Below, in pieces: positions 45,862-56,411 of a stretch of DNA of 64,000 nucleotides. The stretch lies in the UHGV virus genome UHGV-0141727. One strand, given 5' to 3'. The stretch comes from a virus. The number at the start of each line of letters is the position of its first letter. Position 1 is the stretch's first letter. Below the pieces are notes generated by a model that was not told the DNA's origin, did no database searches, and saw only the letters and a program-made list of their open reading frames with translations. The position numbers and the translations under genes are program-made.

Positions 45862-46704
45862 CTAAGGTGCAAAATTATAATCCAGCGCCCAGGCGTCGAG
45901 CGGGAGTTCATCGAGATGAAGCACTCTTTCCGTCGTCCGGTCTGGCCTTCCTGCGAACTGGATGCCGTCTAATTGAATGATCGTATCGCTAATAGATAGT
46001 TCATCGACCATCTCTTGCGTCGTGTACACCCCCTCAATAAAGGACACTTCCGCAGATAAGCAATTCAGGATCTCCGCCATTTCCGGCAATGTTGCGCTCA
46101 ACTGGAAAGAAACACCATCAAACACGATATGCAATGGCAATAGCGGCGCTATAACCGTATCAAAATCAGCAAGTAGCTTCTGTACAGCAACGTCTCGGTC
46201 ATCGCTATCATAAGCTCGATACAGCTTATTTTGGTTGACGACAACCAGCCCTCTGGATGTCAGGAAAAACTCACCATATTGTGCCTGAGCGGTCGGTATT
46301 TCATTTGCGGTCGCGAAGAATGAACCATAGGGATGTTTTTCTGTATCGACAGGCGCATACAAAGGTTCCCATGAGACGGGGATTGTGCCAAATTCACGCC
46401 AGAACGTTTGCTCTATCGGCCTTACTGTTCCTTTGAAGTGCACCTCATCCAGTCGTTGAGCTAATAGCATTGGCCTGCGTGTTTTGTCCGTTTCTGTGAT
46501 AACAAAGAAACGACCATATTCAGCAATGCGAGTGTCCATATCCTCGCTTGCCATTGTGAAAAACGATTTACGGTTGCTTATTCGCGTGAGAATAGGTTCA
46601 ACCGATTCATTCCACACGTCCTGAATCGTATCAACAAAGGCGGCCCACAATTTAGAATCCTGTTTAAATTGCGTCAGACGCTCTTTTAGCCAGTTATTCT
46701 GCAT
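45862..46704 (-). CDS. baseplate protein (280 aa)
   Basis: Synteny in the baseplate cluster. Confidence 0.3.
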   Translation of the reverse strand: MQNNWLKERLTQFKQDSKLWAAFVDTIQDVWNESVEPILTRISNRKSFFTMASEDMDTRIAEYGRFFVITETDKTRRPMLLAQRLDEVHFKGTVRPIEQTFWREFGTIPVSWEPLYAPVDTEKHPYGSFFATANEIPTAQAQYGEFFLTSRGLVVVNQNKLYRAYDSDDRDVAVQKLLADFDTVIAPLLPLHIVFDGVSFQLSATLPEMAEILNCLSAEVSFIEGVYTTQEMVDELSISDTIIQLDGIQFAGRPDRTTERVLHLDELPLDAWALDYNFAP

Positions 46705-46713
46705 TGTGACCTC

Positions 46714-48144
46714 TTACGGATAGGTTATGCTGAACGTTGATGATTCCACGTCCAGATAAACAAAATCATTAAAGTACACAGCTTCTTTCATGTTCTGCGT
46801 AGCCACGTCATAAGACAGGAACATATCCAGCGATTCGATTACTCGCCAGATATCTTTTACTTTGACCTGTGCATAACATTGCTGTGAGTCGTCATCACTC
46901 TGCAATAGCTGGCTAAATGACATGGAGTCTTTACCGAAGTTCTCCTCCAGTGCCGCTTTAATTGCAGTTAGCGCGTCATCCACCAGCACACTCTTTTTTA
47001 CGATACCGGTAAATTTGATGTTGAACGGCTGTTCATTGGTGGCGACGTATTCGAACTTCTTATTCAGCTCATTAGGGATACTCTCAAGGGCTGATAATAT
47101 CTCTGTTTTCAGAGCTTCCTGTGTTACGCCGGGCTTATGCCCACAAAAGAAAATTTTGTTGATATTACGCACATCAAAGCCCGTTATTTTCTCCTGTAGC
47201 GCCTCCCCCCACACGTTAAGCCATGACGTGCCACTGACCACGTTCTGAATGAACTGGCGGTAATCACCGCCCCAAACAACCTGCTCATCGTAGGCCACAT
47301 AATACTGCGCCCTGTTTCGGGTTTCCTCGGTAGTTTCCATGCCACCACCGCCAGAAATGATCGAATCGGTTTTTACTTCCAGTGATTCGACATACCCGGA
47401 GATGTTCCCTGCTGGTTCAAGTTTCTGGCCTTCAGCCAGCGTGTAATCACCGAGGCTTGCCATAATATCAATGCGTACCTGACTCCCTGCCGCTGGCATC
47501 ATCCCCATTGATCCATCACCGAAGCGCACGCCGATCTGTTCTGTCGGCTTATAAACCAACACATAATGTTTACTGTTATCCCTGGACATGCGGAATAGGG
47601 GGTTATGTGTCCATTTTTCCTCGACACCATTAGTTATCACGACAACTTCCAGGCTGGCGACTTCTGCTGTTAACTCACGGGAAAGTAACAACGTCAGGAA
47701 TGGTGTTTCTTGCACCACGTCGAACGTTATGCTGACTGCTTCATGCTGTTTTACTTCTATGCCGGATACTGTTTCACCAGCAGGGATAACAACACTACTG
47801 CTTGTTGCAATTGGTGTCTGGTCGCTTGTCAGTAATTCAGCCCCTCCGGGTAGCGTAATATCCCTGTCGGTTTTGTTGGTGATGGAAACAGTGCCGTATG
47901 ACGCATCGACCAAACGACCGACATAGCCACGGTCTTCCGCTGCCGCGAGAATACTTGCTCTGCGCGTCGCGGTGGAAATGAATCCTTCTGTAAGTGCACG
48001 GCTTGCAAATGTACGCGCAATATAAACAATCTGCGCGCCCAAAACGGACTGCATTTGAATAAACTGGCTGTTTACAAATCGCGCCCACCAGGGGTTTTCG
48101 TTCAGCTTGGCATTAAACTTGTCCAGTAATTCGGTAATACTCAC
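46714..48144 (-). CDS. baseplate J-like protein (476 aa)
   Basis: Size and position between a gp25-like gene and tail fiber genes. Confidence 0.35.
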   Translation of the reverse strand: MSITELLDKFNAKLNENPWWARFVNSQFIQMQSVLGAQIVYIARTFASRALTEGFISTATRRASILAAAEDRGYVGRLVDASYGTVSITNKTDRDITLPGGAELLTSDQTPIATSSSVVIPAGETVSGIEVKQHEAVSITFDVVQETPFLTLLLSRELTAEVASLEVVVITNGVEEKWTHNPLFRMSRDNSKHYVLVYKPTEQIGVRFGDGSMGMMPAAGSQVRIDIMASLGDYTLAEGQKLEPAGNISGYVESLEVKTDSIISGGGGMETTEETRNRAQYYVAYDEQVVWGGDYRQFIQNVVSGTSWLNVWGEALQEKITGFDVRNINKIFFCGHKPGVTQEALKTEILSALESIPNELNKKFEYVATNEQPFNIKFTGIVKKSVLVDDALTAIKAALEENFGKDSMSFSQLLQSDDDSQQCYAQVKVKDIWRVIESLDMFLSYDVATQNMKEAVYFNDFVYLDVESSTFSITYP

Positions 48145-48515
48145 GCTGTATCTCCGCTATCTTTCTGCATAACAACATTCACGGTGCCTCCTTTTGCCTG
48201 GAAGCTAATTAGTAACTGGTCTTCAGAGACAGTCGCGCAGCGGATCGCCTGGAGTCCAAGCCCTGGTAAGTCCTGCTGTAGCTTCGTCATCATTCGCGCT
48301 TCAATCGCCACTTCAACAATGTGTGACGTATCAGAACCGAAGGGTTCGTGTTTGAACTCCTCCATCGGATTCCCCCATGACGGCAATCCGTAAACGCTGC
48401 CATTTGGTGTCCGTAGCCATTCATCGAGTCGGGCTATCCAGGCGTTTGTGTCGCCTTCAGCGATCACCACCCCGCTCTCGTTTGTCTGAAGGCGGGCATC
48501 AATCTCATAAAGCAT
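48141..48515 (-). CDS. baseplate wedge W/gp25-like protein (124 aa)
   Basis: Size and position after the tape-measure-like gene; 4-nt overlap with the next gene. Confidence 0.35.
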   Translation of the reverse strand: MLYEIDARLQTNESGVVIAEGDTNAWIARLDEWLRTPNGSVYGLPSWGNPMEEFKHEPFGSDTSHIVEVAIEARMMTKLQQDLPGLGLQAIRCATVSEDQLLISFQAKGGTVNVVMQKDSGDTA

Positions 48516-48520
48516 CGGTC

Positions 48521-51500
48521 TTAATCCTCCAGTAATTTGTCAAGAGATGGGTCATTGATAGTCGTGCTGGCACGCTGACGAGGTTGTGGTTGTGATGTGT
48601 TCACAACTTTGTCCTGATCGCCTTTGCGGTTGTCTTTGCTTACGCCAAGAATCTCTTTGAGAACGGAATAAACGTTCTCCAGTGCTTTCAACATAGCCGG
48701 ATCGTTATTTGCGGTATCTGTTGTTAGCATCTGCCTTATTCCGCTTCGAGCGAGGTCCGTGACGGTTGGTAGCTGAGGAGGCATTGCAAGGAACGGTTCT
48801 TTAGCAGCCACGCCCGAAGCAAACAGGCTTTGATTGATTGCGCCAGTCGTGTCCCTGATCGTATCCGCCGTTTTCTGTATGCCACCATTCAGCCAGCCGC
48901 CAACACTTCTTGTTAACGGACTAATAGCGCGAGCAACATCGGTATTCTGTCCAGAGGACTGCAATACAAAGTCATTTAACATTCCGGTGCTATCGATACC
49001 GCCAACAAGTCGCGAGAGGTTATCTCCAACGGCGGGGAGGACGGCGGAGCCTACCTGTTTAAGCCCTGACACCGTTGAATCAAATAGCGAGCCAAAGAAG
49101 CCCCTGTCCTCACCTTCAACCACCTTGTAGCCGTTGTCGTAAATCTGCACACCCGCCGGTGTCGATGTGGCACGCTTCCCGCTGATGGTTGCCGGACTCT
49201 CCGGAAGCAGGTCAATGGTTTCTGTATCGCGGTTAACGTTGCGCTTTTGCTGTATAGCCGTAGTGATATCGGCGATCTGTTCCGCCTTCTGGAAACTAAA
49301 GTTTTTGCCCGTTGCTCTGGATATTTTTTCAACAAGGAACTTATCCAATTGCTTGGCTTTTGCTGCTAACGAGGACATCTCTTCCGGAGAACTGACAGGG
49401 CCGAGATTTAGCCCCATATTGGGATCTCCCCCAACTATCCCGGCGATGACGCCCCCAACACCGTCTGCACTCATTAACCGATCCGTCAATCCGGCTGCGG
49501 CGGAAGAGTTGCCACTAGCTTTCGCGTGGCTGATCGCCTGGGCATTTTCCTGTTGAGCCGCCTTCGGTTTTTTAGCTGCCTGTGCGTGTTGAACCACATC
49601 AGTAGGGGTAGGCATTACAGCCTGGGCTACGCTTGACGCAGGAATAGCAGAAGATGAGCCATTGGCGTATTTGACTTTGCTACCGACACTATATTGGGAG
49701 TTGCGAGCGATTAGAGGACCGCCCTTTTCCTTCTGGATTTTATTAATGTGTTCCAGCGTTTCATCATTGAATTGCCCTTCCCAACGCCCAGTTTTAGCGT
49801 TGAATGAACCAAGAGCTGTTTTGATGAAATTGTTGTTAACCGCCGGGTTCCCCCCCTCCTTCGTCGCAATAGCGCGAACAAGGTGCGTCATAACTTCAGG
49901 GTTACTAACGTCTATTTTATCGTTGGGGGATACCCCTAGATATTTGCTGACGTTTTCAATGTACTGATTGGTGTTGTTCTCTGTTGGTGGTGCCCATTTT
50001 GAAATGATGCTGGATACTGTTTGCAGCTTCTGATACCCGGCGGCAGCACTTGTACCGTTGTAATAACTCGATACCTGGTTTGCCAATGCCCGAATCCCTT
50101 CTTCGGGCGTATTAAACCGCGCAAAACGCTGTTCGCCTTTCGCGTTCGGCGCTTCCAGTACCGCCCCCTCCTGATTTGCAAAAACCAGGTTCCCCAGGTT
50201 GTTATTCCGGTAATTCCTGTTCTTGGCGTTGCTTCCGCCTATATTCAGATCAGCCGTTATTGTATTTTTTTCAGGCGCTTTAAATTCGTCTGGCGATTTG
50301 TAGCCGTGTTCACCCACGCCATCCTCACCTCTGCGCCCGCCCTGTAGCTGTCGGGCCAGATCATTAATTGCGGCTACCGTTTGCTTGGTGCCATCTTCAA
50401 CGGCTTTCTTAACCTGCGCAGTGCCTTCGCTGCTTGATGAGAACGATTCTTTTAGGCTGCTGAATGCGTTCTTCGACGCGTCGATAGAACTATTTATGCC
50501 GCGAGCGATATTGCTGGTATCAAGACTCTGAAGTTTTTGTCCGACACCTTCAAAGCCTAGCGCGGACATCCCCTCGCCAATGAGGTTAGCCGCTCCCGTC
50601 ACCAGACCGCCCATATCCAGGACGTTAGCAGCGGCGTAGGCGCTCTTTTGCTGTGTTGTAACGTCCTGCCCTTCCTTCAGGTTATAAGTCGCCCTCTGCG
50701 CTTCTGTGTCGCTGTAGCCGTCTACGGCATCATAACCAACCATAGCCACCTGGCCGATGACTGGAATCGCCCTGAATCCGGCCCTTGCGGCAACACCTCC
50801 GGCAGCTTTGAGAGCCACTTTTCCAGCTTCTTTTTTCGCGATGTTTTCACCAGTGGCAACGGCAACCTTACCCGCCTCTTTCCTGGTAAGGCTTTCCCCA
50901 GCGGAAGTTGCCGCTTTACCAGCGTCTTTCCCTGCCGCTCCACCAGCCGCCGTTTTGGCTACGCTTTCTTCAGTGACCTTACCTGCTCTGGTTTTAACTG
51001 AAGATTTATCACCCGATGATTTTGGTGAGGTACTACCCTCGTTCCCACCAGCATTTTTTGTCCGATTTTTTTCCTCGCCCGCACTGTTGTTTTTGCCTGG
51101 CTGATTTTTTTTCCCCTCTTTGCCTTCCTGACTCCTGCCCGTCTCAGTAGGTTTGCTGGTGTTTTTTCCCTTCTTGCCCTTGTTTTCTTTACTGTCTCCA
51201 GTGCGGCCCGTGTTGCCACCACGTGCACTGCTACGACCGCGTGTAGGGGATATTTTGGAACGTAATCTGCCACCGCCGAGGAGGTCGCTCAGTTTTAGCC
51301 CACTCTCCTGCGACTTTCGTAGTTTCCGGATCTCTTCGGATACAGTTTCCAGCTCATCAATTATCTGGCTGTCGTTGCGTTGAAGAACTTTCGTTTGTTC
51401 TTCGATCGCACGTACAGATTTTTCTTTAACGGCTTCAGTAAATGCCTTTGCTGAACCGGGCGCGTTATCTGGAGTCTTCCTTTCATTGTCAGGTGCCGGG

Positions 51501-52384
51501 TAAGTAATGGCGGGGGCTTTTGCGACCACCGGTGCGCCAGCCGCCTTGTCGTTGCCATTATCTATCCATTCTTTCAATGATTTAGCCTTACCAGTAATCT
51601 CGCGGCTGATATCAAATACGCCCCGTGCTGCCATCCATAGTGGACCACCAGCCCCTACCCCGGCAGCATCGGTTACAGCTCCATCGTCGGCTTTCCCTGA
51701 ACCATCAACCCCCATAATGGAACCGAGTTTTCGCAGGAACCCAACCTGTAGTTTTGCCTGTGCGCGTAGCTCATTCTGGCGTGCGAGATCCTCGTTTTTT
51801 TTCTGAGAGGCAAATCGTCCGTTGCTATCCCGTAACGGTGCACCAGAGGTGCTCTGGCTTTCTCTAACTGGTTGTTCTTGCCTTGCAGGCTGAATGTCAG
51901 GAGTGAGCAACTGAATGCGCTCTGGCGATGACTTCGTGGCTTTGCCTTCAGCCAGTGGTGCTGTTTTTGATTCCGAATGAGCGGTGCGGTGATCTGCTGC
52001 TGCTTTTTGCGGATTATCTATCTCGCTAGTGTTGTTTATACGTAATCTCTGTTTCCTGGTAGGGAGCCGGTCTTTATACGGCCCCTGTGTGAAACTGTTG
52101 CGTTGCGCCCCTGCTTTCCCTGTTCGGGCCAAGCGACGACTTACGCGTCCTTGTGGTGCGTCGCTGGTATCAGGATTGCGTCCGTAAGACTCAAGTGCTT
52201 TTTTTATTTCTGAAAGCGCAGCTAGCTCTTTCGCGTTTGCCGTTTGTATTGCGTCGATTATCGCTATTCGGTCTTTTTTATCGTTCAAAATAACCTCACT
52301 TACATCGGCGGTGATCACCCTGTTTTTTTGGCGTGGGCTTTGTATTTCTCTTCCAGTGCTTTTTCCATATGGAGTGCCCGCCAC
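48521..52384 (-). CDS. tail tape-measure / injection (Sit-like) protein
   Basis: 1287 aa, lysine/alanine-rich low-complexity N-terminal third; position matches P1 sit. Confidence 0.5.
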   Translation of the reverse strand: MAGTPYGKSTGREIQSPRQKNRVITADVSEVILNDKKDRIAIIDAIQTANAKELAALSEIKKALESYGRNPDTSDAPQGRVSRRLARTGKAGAQRNSFTQGPYKDRLPTRKQRLRINNTSEIDNPQKAAADHRTAHSESKTAPLAEGKATKSSPERIQLLTPDIQPARQEQPVRESQSTSGAPLRDSNGRFASQKKNEDLARQNELRAQAKLQVGFLRKLGSIMGVDGSGKADDGAVTDAAGVGAGGPLWMAARGVFDISREITGKAKSLKEWIDNGNDKAAGAPVVAKAPAITYPAPDNERKTPDNAPGSAKAFTEAVKEKSVRAIEEQTKVLQRNDSQIIDELETVSEEIRKLRKSQESGLKLSDLLGGGRLRSKISPTRGRSSARGGNTGRTGDSKENKGKKGKNTSKPTETGRSQEGKEGKKNQPGKNNSAGEEKNRTKNAGGNEGSTSPKSSGDKSSVKTRAGKVTEESVAKTAAGGAAGKDAGKAATSAGESLTRKEAGKVAVATGENIAKKEAGKVALKAAGGVAARAGFRAIPVIGQVAMVGYDAVDGYSDTEAQRATYNLKEGQDVTTQQKSAYAAANVLDMGGLVTGAANLIGEGMSALGFEGVGQKLQSLDTSNIARGINSSIDASKNAFSSLKESFSSSSEGTAQVKKAVEDGTKQTVAAINDLARQLQGGRRGEDGVGEHGYKSPDEFKAPEKNTITADLNIGGSNAKNRNYRNNNLGNLVFANQEGAVLEAPNAKGEQRFARFNTPEEGIRALANQVSSYYNGTSAAAGYQKLQTVSSIISKWAPPTENNTNQYIENVSKYLGVSPNDKIDVSNPEVMTHLVRAIATKEGGNPAVNNNFIKTALGSFNAKTGRWEGQFNDETLEHINKIQKEKGGPLIARNSQYSVGSKVKYANGSSSAIPASSVAQAVMPTPTDVVQHAQAAKKPKAAQQENAQAISHAKASGNSSAAAGLTDRLMSADGVGGVIAGIVGGDPNMGLNLGPVSSPEEMSSLAAKAKQLDKFLVEKISRATGKNFSFQKAEQIADITTAIQQKRNVNRDTETIDLLPESPATISGKRATSTPAGVQIYDNGYKVVEGEDRGFFGSLFDSTVSGLKQVGSAVLPAVGDNLSRLVGGIDSTGMLNDFVLQSSGQNTDVARAISPLTRSVGGWLNGGIQKTADTIRDTTGAINQSLFASGVAAKEPFLAMPPQLPTVTDLARSGIRQMLTTDTANNDPAMLKALENVYSVLKEILGVSKDNRKGDQDKVVNTSQPQPRQRASTTINDPSLDKLLED

Positions 52385-52438
52385 TGCGGTAATTGTTCAA
52401 CGTCACTAACTGGCTGGTAGCCGTATAACGTCAGGTTA

Positions 52439-53260
52439 TTAATAATGGTTAGCCATCCATTCAGATCTAATTGATGGGATAAACTCTCTATTGAGAAATG
52501 GGGCGTACAGCGTGGTAGTCACGTCTGCACCCTCCTTAGCGTTTTTGCAGCGTTGTGGCGGTAGGATCAGGCGGCTTGTGCCTCGTTCAATAGCCATTTT
52601 TAAGCCGTGGCGAAGGTCTTTCTGCATGAGCTGAATGCGAGCTACCAGAGGGGTAAACTCGGTTTCCAGTGCCATGTTTTCAATGATATCGAATCGTCTG
52701 TTTGCAGCTTGTGTGAAGTCTTCTGGATCGTCGTTCAGAGATGTACACAAGGCCAACTCAGCTATGCGGAGACGAGCAACCTCAGCACTGTACTCTGGAG
52801 TTTTCATATCAGGCAAAGTGGCGCGCATACGTTCAAGCAATTCAGCGCCTTTCCCTGTTAATGGTTTAAGCGTCCACTCGGTTGGTACTCCGTTTATAGG
52901 GACCATAGTTTTAATAAACGGCGGGACAGTCAGGATTTCTACCGTTTCGGCAAGGTCTGAAAGGTTAATATCTGCGTGATGAACGTTTCCACAGTGACCA
53001 CACTCGTATGAGTAAGTCATTACGGCATCTGGTCTGGAATTGACAAAGATCCACCAAAGCGCGGTTCTGCGATCCTGAACTGTCCAGTTTGAGCTGTCGT
53101 TAATTTCGCCGTCTTGCATGGCGTTGAGGTATTCTGTTGTGGTTGCCTCGTCTTCTGCCGGATTGATGTCTGAATATTTCAGGGCATCTTTCACAGTAGG
53201 TGCATGAAACTGAATTTCTATTTCAGGCTGTGAAGGCAATGGGAATTTGGGAATGTTCAA
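52439..53260 (-). CDS. hypothetical tail-region protein with CGHCG motif; start reassigned to TTG at 53260
   Basis: GGAGGA 4 nt upstream of TTG at 53260; the longer TTG-initiated ORF to 53386 would overlap origin motifs. Confidence 0.35.
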   Translation of the reverse strand: MNIPKFPLPSQPEIEIQFHAPTVKDALKYSDINPAEDEATTTEYLNAMQDGEINDSSNWTVQDRRTALWWIFVNSRPDAVMTYSYECGHCGNVHHADINLSDLAETVEILTVPPFIKTMVPINGVPTEWTLKPLTGKGAELLERMRATLPDMKTPEYSAEVARLRIAELALCTSLNDDPEDFTQAANRRFDIIENMALETEFTPLVARIQLMQKDLRHGLKMAIERGTSRLILPPQRCKNAKEGADVTTTLYAPFLNREFIPSIRSEWMANHY

Positions 53261-53331
53261 GGATTCCTCCAGAAAAGTCGGTACTCGTTTGGCTGGAGGA
53301 TAGGGAGTGTGTGATTTTGACTTTAACCTAT

Positions 53332-53401
53332 TTATCCACAGGGTAGATCCAATAAATAGATCCCAAAGAGAACCAGTAAGATCCAAAGAAGATCCCGGAT
53401 C
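53332..53401. other. origin elements: DnaA box TTATCCACA plus five GATC sites
   Basis: TTATCCACA at 53332-53340; GATC at 53346, 53359, 53381, 53391, 53398. Confidence 0.6.
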
Positions 53402-53438
53402 GCTGCGAGCCGCGCCATCACTGGCCTAAATGGAGATC

Positions 53439-53544
53439 AACATTGACTATGTGCGATTTAATGTTGACTATGTGCGATTTTATGTTGACTGTACGCGATT
53501 TAATGTTGACTATATGCGATATAAACATTGACTGTATGCGATAA
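53439..53544 (+). repeat. five contiguous 21-bp direct iterons (consensus ATGTTGACTATGTGCGATTTA)
   Basis: Head-to-tail units at 53439, 53461, 53482, 53503, 53524; second DnaA box TGTGGATAA at 53566-53574. Confidence 0.75.
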
Positions 53545-53622
53545 TTCTCTCAGCCCTCAGACGGCTGTGGATAAGTATCTTTCATTTGGCTATAAAGCCC
53601 CGTCAATCAAGGAAATAACAGG

Positions 53623-54507
53623 ATGGTAGATGACAAAAAAGGCTTTCTGAACGTTGAGGAAATATCAGGGAATACCGGAGAAATCCACAGCTTAAAGCCT
53701 AACAATAATAGCACTATTCAGCCGATAGCTTTGTTGCGGCTTGGGGTGTTTGTTCCCACATTGAAATCTACCAGTGTTGCTTTACGTCGCAAGAACGCCG
53801 GTTTAACTAACTCCACTGATGCGACAGAAGAACTGTCCAGCCTGAAGATTGTAGAGCAGGAAGGGTATCAGGGTATTGAGATTCATGGGCCACGTCTGGA
53901 TATGGATACTGATTTTAAGGTGTGGATAGGCATTACATCTGCATTGTTTGACTATAAACCAGATAATGATGGTGTGATCACCCTGACATTCTCTGAATTT
54001 GTGGATCGTTGCGGTTATCCAAGGAAGCGGCTGTCCAAGGCTTTTCGCAAGAGCATTGGCGACTCTCTAACGCGTATTCAGCAGACGTTGCTGAAGTTCA
54101 ACTTGCCCACCAGCAAAGAACATGTTCGTTATATCCAGATGAATTTATTGGCATTTAGTGAACTTGATACTGAAAATGACATTATAAGAATCCAACCGCA
54201 GAAGCAGTTGTCTGAGTTGTATTACGTTGACTATAAGCGAATATTGAAGCTCAAAATGCTCGATAAACTTGGCAGGAAAGAGACAGCCAAGGTGCTTTAT
54301 ACGTTTTTCGAAGCGTTACCTTCAAACCCTGCGCCAGTGAGTATTGAGCGCCTTCGCGCCAGATTGAACCTCAAATCATCGGTTAGCGTTCAGAACAGTG
54401 TGATTCGTAAAGCCATGAAAGACTTGGAAGCTGTTGAATATCTTAAATTTTCAGAGATAAAGAATGGTCGGAAAATAGGTTTCCAGATCCATAAACGAAA
54501 TCCATAA
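53623..54507 (+). CDS. repA: iteron-binding replication initiator (RepA-like)
   Basis: 294 aa flanked by iteron clusters; segments such as IQPIALLRLGVFVP and GPRLDMDTDFKVWIG resemble P1 RepA as recalled. Confidence 0.7.
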   Translation: MVDDKKGFLNVEEISGNTGEIHSLKPNNNSTIQPIALLRLGVFVPTLKSTSVALRRKNAGLTNSTDATEELSSLKIVEQEGYQGIEIHGPRLDMDTDFKVWIGITSALFDYKPDNDGVITLTFSEFVDRCGYPRKRLSKAFRKSIGDSLTRIQQTLLKFNLPTSKEHVRYIQMNLLAFSELDTENDIIRIQPQKQLSELYYVDYKRILKLKMLDKLGRKETAKVLYTFFEALPSNPAPVSIERLRARLNLKSSVSVQNSVIRKAMKDLEAVEYLKFSEIKNGRKIGFQIHKRNP

Positions 54508-54737
54508 CATTGACTGTGTGCGATTCCAAGCGTTGACTATACGCGACAAACATTGACGCTGGCGGATTTAGTTATTAACTTTTTCACATGATCAATGGAT
54601 AAACCAGCTATTTCATTGAGTATTTGTCGCTTATAGTCAATCTTTCCTCATTTCTTGTCGTGTGTAGTCAATGTTTTGTGATCGGGATCGAGTACAGTCA
54701 ACATTAGTTGTAAGCCATTTCGCCTATAGTCAACATT
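54507..54737. repeat. downstream iteron cluster (incA-like), mixed orientation
   Basis: Direct units at 54507, 54529, 54550; inverted units near 54627, 54658, 54689, 54721. Confidence 0.65.
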
Positions 54738-54754
54738 TCTCCATCAGCAGTCTT

Positions 54755-55044
54755 AAGGGCAATTTCTACACCTCTCTGTAGGTGTAGGATTTGCCCTTAA
54801 AGATGGGAGATTGAGGGCAATTCTTACACCATTAGTGAGTTGGTTGGAGCTTTAACGGCTAACATCATTTGTAATTTATTGATTAATAAGTAATGTGTAA
54901 AAATCACCCTCAGATAGCATCGTATGTTATAGCTATTTTTATAGCACACCTGTTAAGTGTTTTTTGAATGTAACTCATTGATTTTGTTGTGATGTGTAAA
55001 AAATGCCATCATTGACGTAAACAGCAGGTGTAGAAATTGCCCTC
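54755..55044. repeat. second repeat family (A/G)AGGGCAATTTCTACACC, four copies around an AT-rich core
   Basis: Copies at 54755, 54781 (inverted, imperfect), 54813, 55027 (inverted); TGTGTAAAAA twice in the core. Confidence 0.5.
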
Positions 55045-55087
55045 AAGTTTGCCCCTTCCCCACCTTCTCGCACTTTAATATTGCATT

Positions 55088-55825
55088 TCAAAACTTGATC
55101 ACGTTGCTGGCGGCGCTTTTAAGTGCGCTTGTTGCTAAACCAGCAGCTCCATTGACTAATGCGGACAGGCCGGAACCAGCAGATGTGTATCGCTGGAACG
55201 TGATCGGATAGGACAAGAATTCGGACACCTGATCACGTGAGCGGCTGATCTCTCCTATCTGAGTAGGAAATACACGCATTTCCTCTTCCAGCTCTTTCCC
55301 GCCTTCCTGTGTAACGCGGTATAGCCTGATATTCATGAGATAATCTGGCGGCAGGTTTAGCGTACCATCGCTATTGGTTACACGGGCGCGGCGCTCCTTG
55401 AACCAATTCATTATTTTGCCGTCTTCTGTGTCTCTGACCGTCATTGTTACCGGTCCGGCGGTTACGTGCGTTGGCTTATTGAACTCGACGCTACCAATGA
55501 TTTTGCTTTCTGTTTCAATATTCCCGCTACTGTAAGTTATGTCCTTAACGAACATATCAAAGCCGCTTAATCCGTCTACATCTACCGTCCACTGCCAGCC
55601 CTGGGCATAGCGGATACGCATAGCCGTAGCAACTACGTTCTTTCCGTAAGCGATGTCATTGCCATAGCTCCCACTAACGCCACTGCCAGACACCGCTCTA
55701 TCCAGAATGTCGCTGATAAGGTTGCTGGTGAATGATTTCGCGCTAAACGATACCGCACTGGCTAGCGTTTGCGTTGCAGCACTAAAAATACTCACGTAGC
55801 CCTCCGTGTTAAAAAATGGTAGCAC
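55088..55825 (-). CDS. phage structural (tail) protein, 245 aa
   Basis: Synteny in the tail/sheath cluster. Confidence 0.3.
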   Translation of the reverse strand: MLPFFNTEGYVSIFSAATQTLASAVSFSAKSFTSNLISDILDRAVSGSGVSGSYGNDIAYGKNVVATAMRIRYAQGWQWTVDVDGLSGFDMFVKDITYSSGNIETESKIIGSVEFNKPTHVTAGPVTMTVRDTEDGKIMNWFKERRARVTNSDGTLNLPPDYLMNIRLYRVTQEGGKELEEEMRVFPTQIGEISRSRDQVSEFLSYPITFQRYTSAGSGLSALVNGAAGLATSALKSAASNVIKF

Positions 55826-56360
55826 CAGGGATAATGGCCCGGTTGGCTGCCATTTTTTCTTCTATCTCCTGAACACGCGCGTAGAGCGTCGCCTCATCAG
55901 GAAGATCGGAGTAATCAAACTTGCCATCAATTGACGCCCTTCGCTGGCGGGCAACGTTGCGGACATTGATAAGTGCTTCAAGATATTCCTCAAGCATTCC
56001 GATAATCGCAGGTGGCACTTGCCACTCATCCAGGTTGCGATCGCGGAGATTTACAAGGTATTGCATCTTGAAAGGCCAGCGTTCAGAACCGGTAAGCTCA
56101 AGTTCGACAAAACCGGCAATCTCGTCGGCGTAAACCAGAAGTCCGTTGTGGTCAGTGACGTGGACCAGAGACAGATAATCATCCGGAACAGGGATCGCCG
56201 TACCGTCTGCTTTCTCCAGCTTTAATGCCTTCACTACTCCCGCTCTGTCCTGGTAAGTAGTCAATGCTTTGATCAGGAATGCTTTCAGTGTCTCCTCTTC
56301 CCGTACAAGAAGAGGATTGAATCGCGCTTTAACGCTTTCTAATAGTTCAGAAGGTGTCAT
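55809..56360 (-). CDS. phage structural protein, 183 aa
   Basis: Overlaps the downstream gene start. Confidence 0.3.
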   Translation of the reverse strand: MTPSELLESVKARFNPLLVREEETLKAFLIKALTTYQDRAGVVKALKLEKADGTAIPVPDDYLSLVHVTDHNGLLVYADEIAGFVELELTGSERWPFKMQYLVNLRDRNLDEWQVPPAIIGMLEEYLEALINVRNVARQRRASIDGKFDYSDLPDEATLYARVQEIEEKMAANRAIIPGATIF

Positions 56361-56411
56361 AGATGCTCCGGACGGAGGGGGATAACCCCGCTCTTTTGAG
56401 CGGGATCGGTA

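Noticed and set aside
53261-53386. N-terminal extension of the 52439 gene to a TTG at 53386
   Set aside because: The extension would cover the DnaA box and GATC cluster of the origin; an internal TTG at 53260 with a GGAGGA RBS is a better start.
53439-54737. Possible CRISPR array (regularly repeated 21-bp units)
   Set aside because: Units are contiguous with no spacers, flank a rep gene, occur in both orientations downstream, and no cas genes are present; they are replication iterons.
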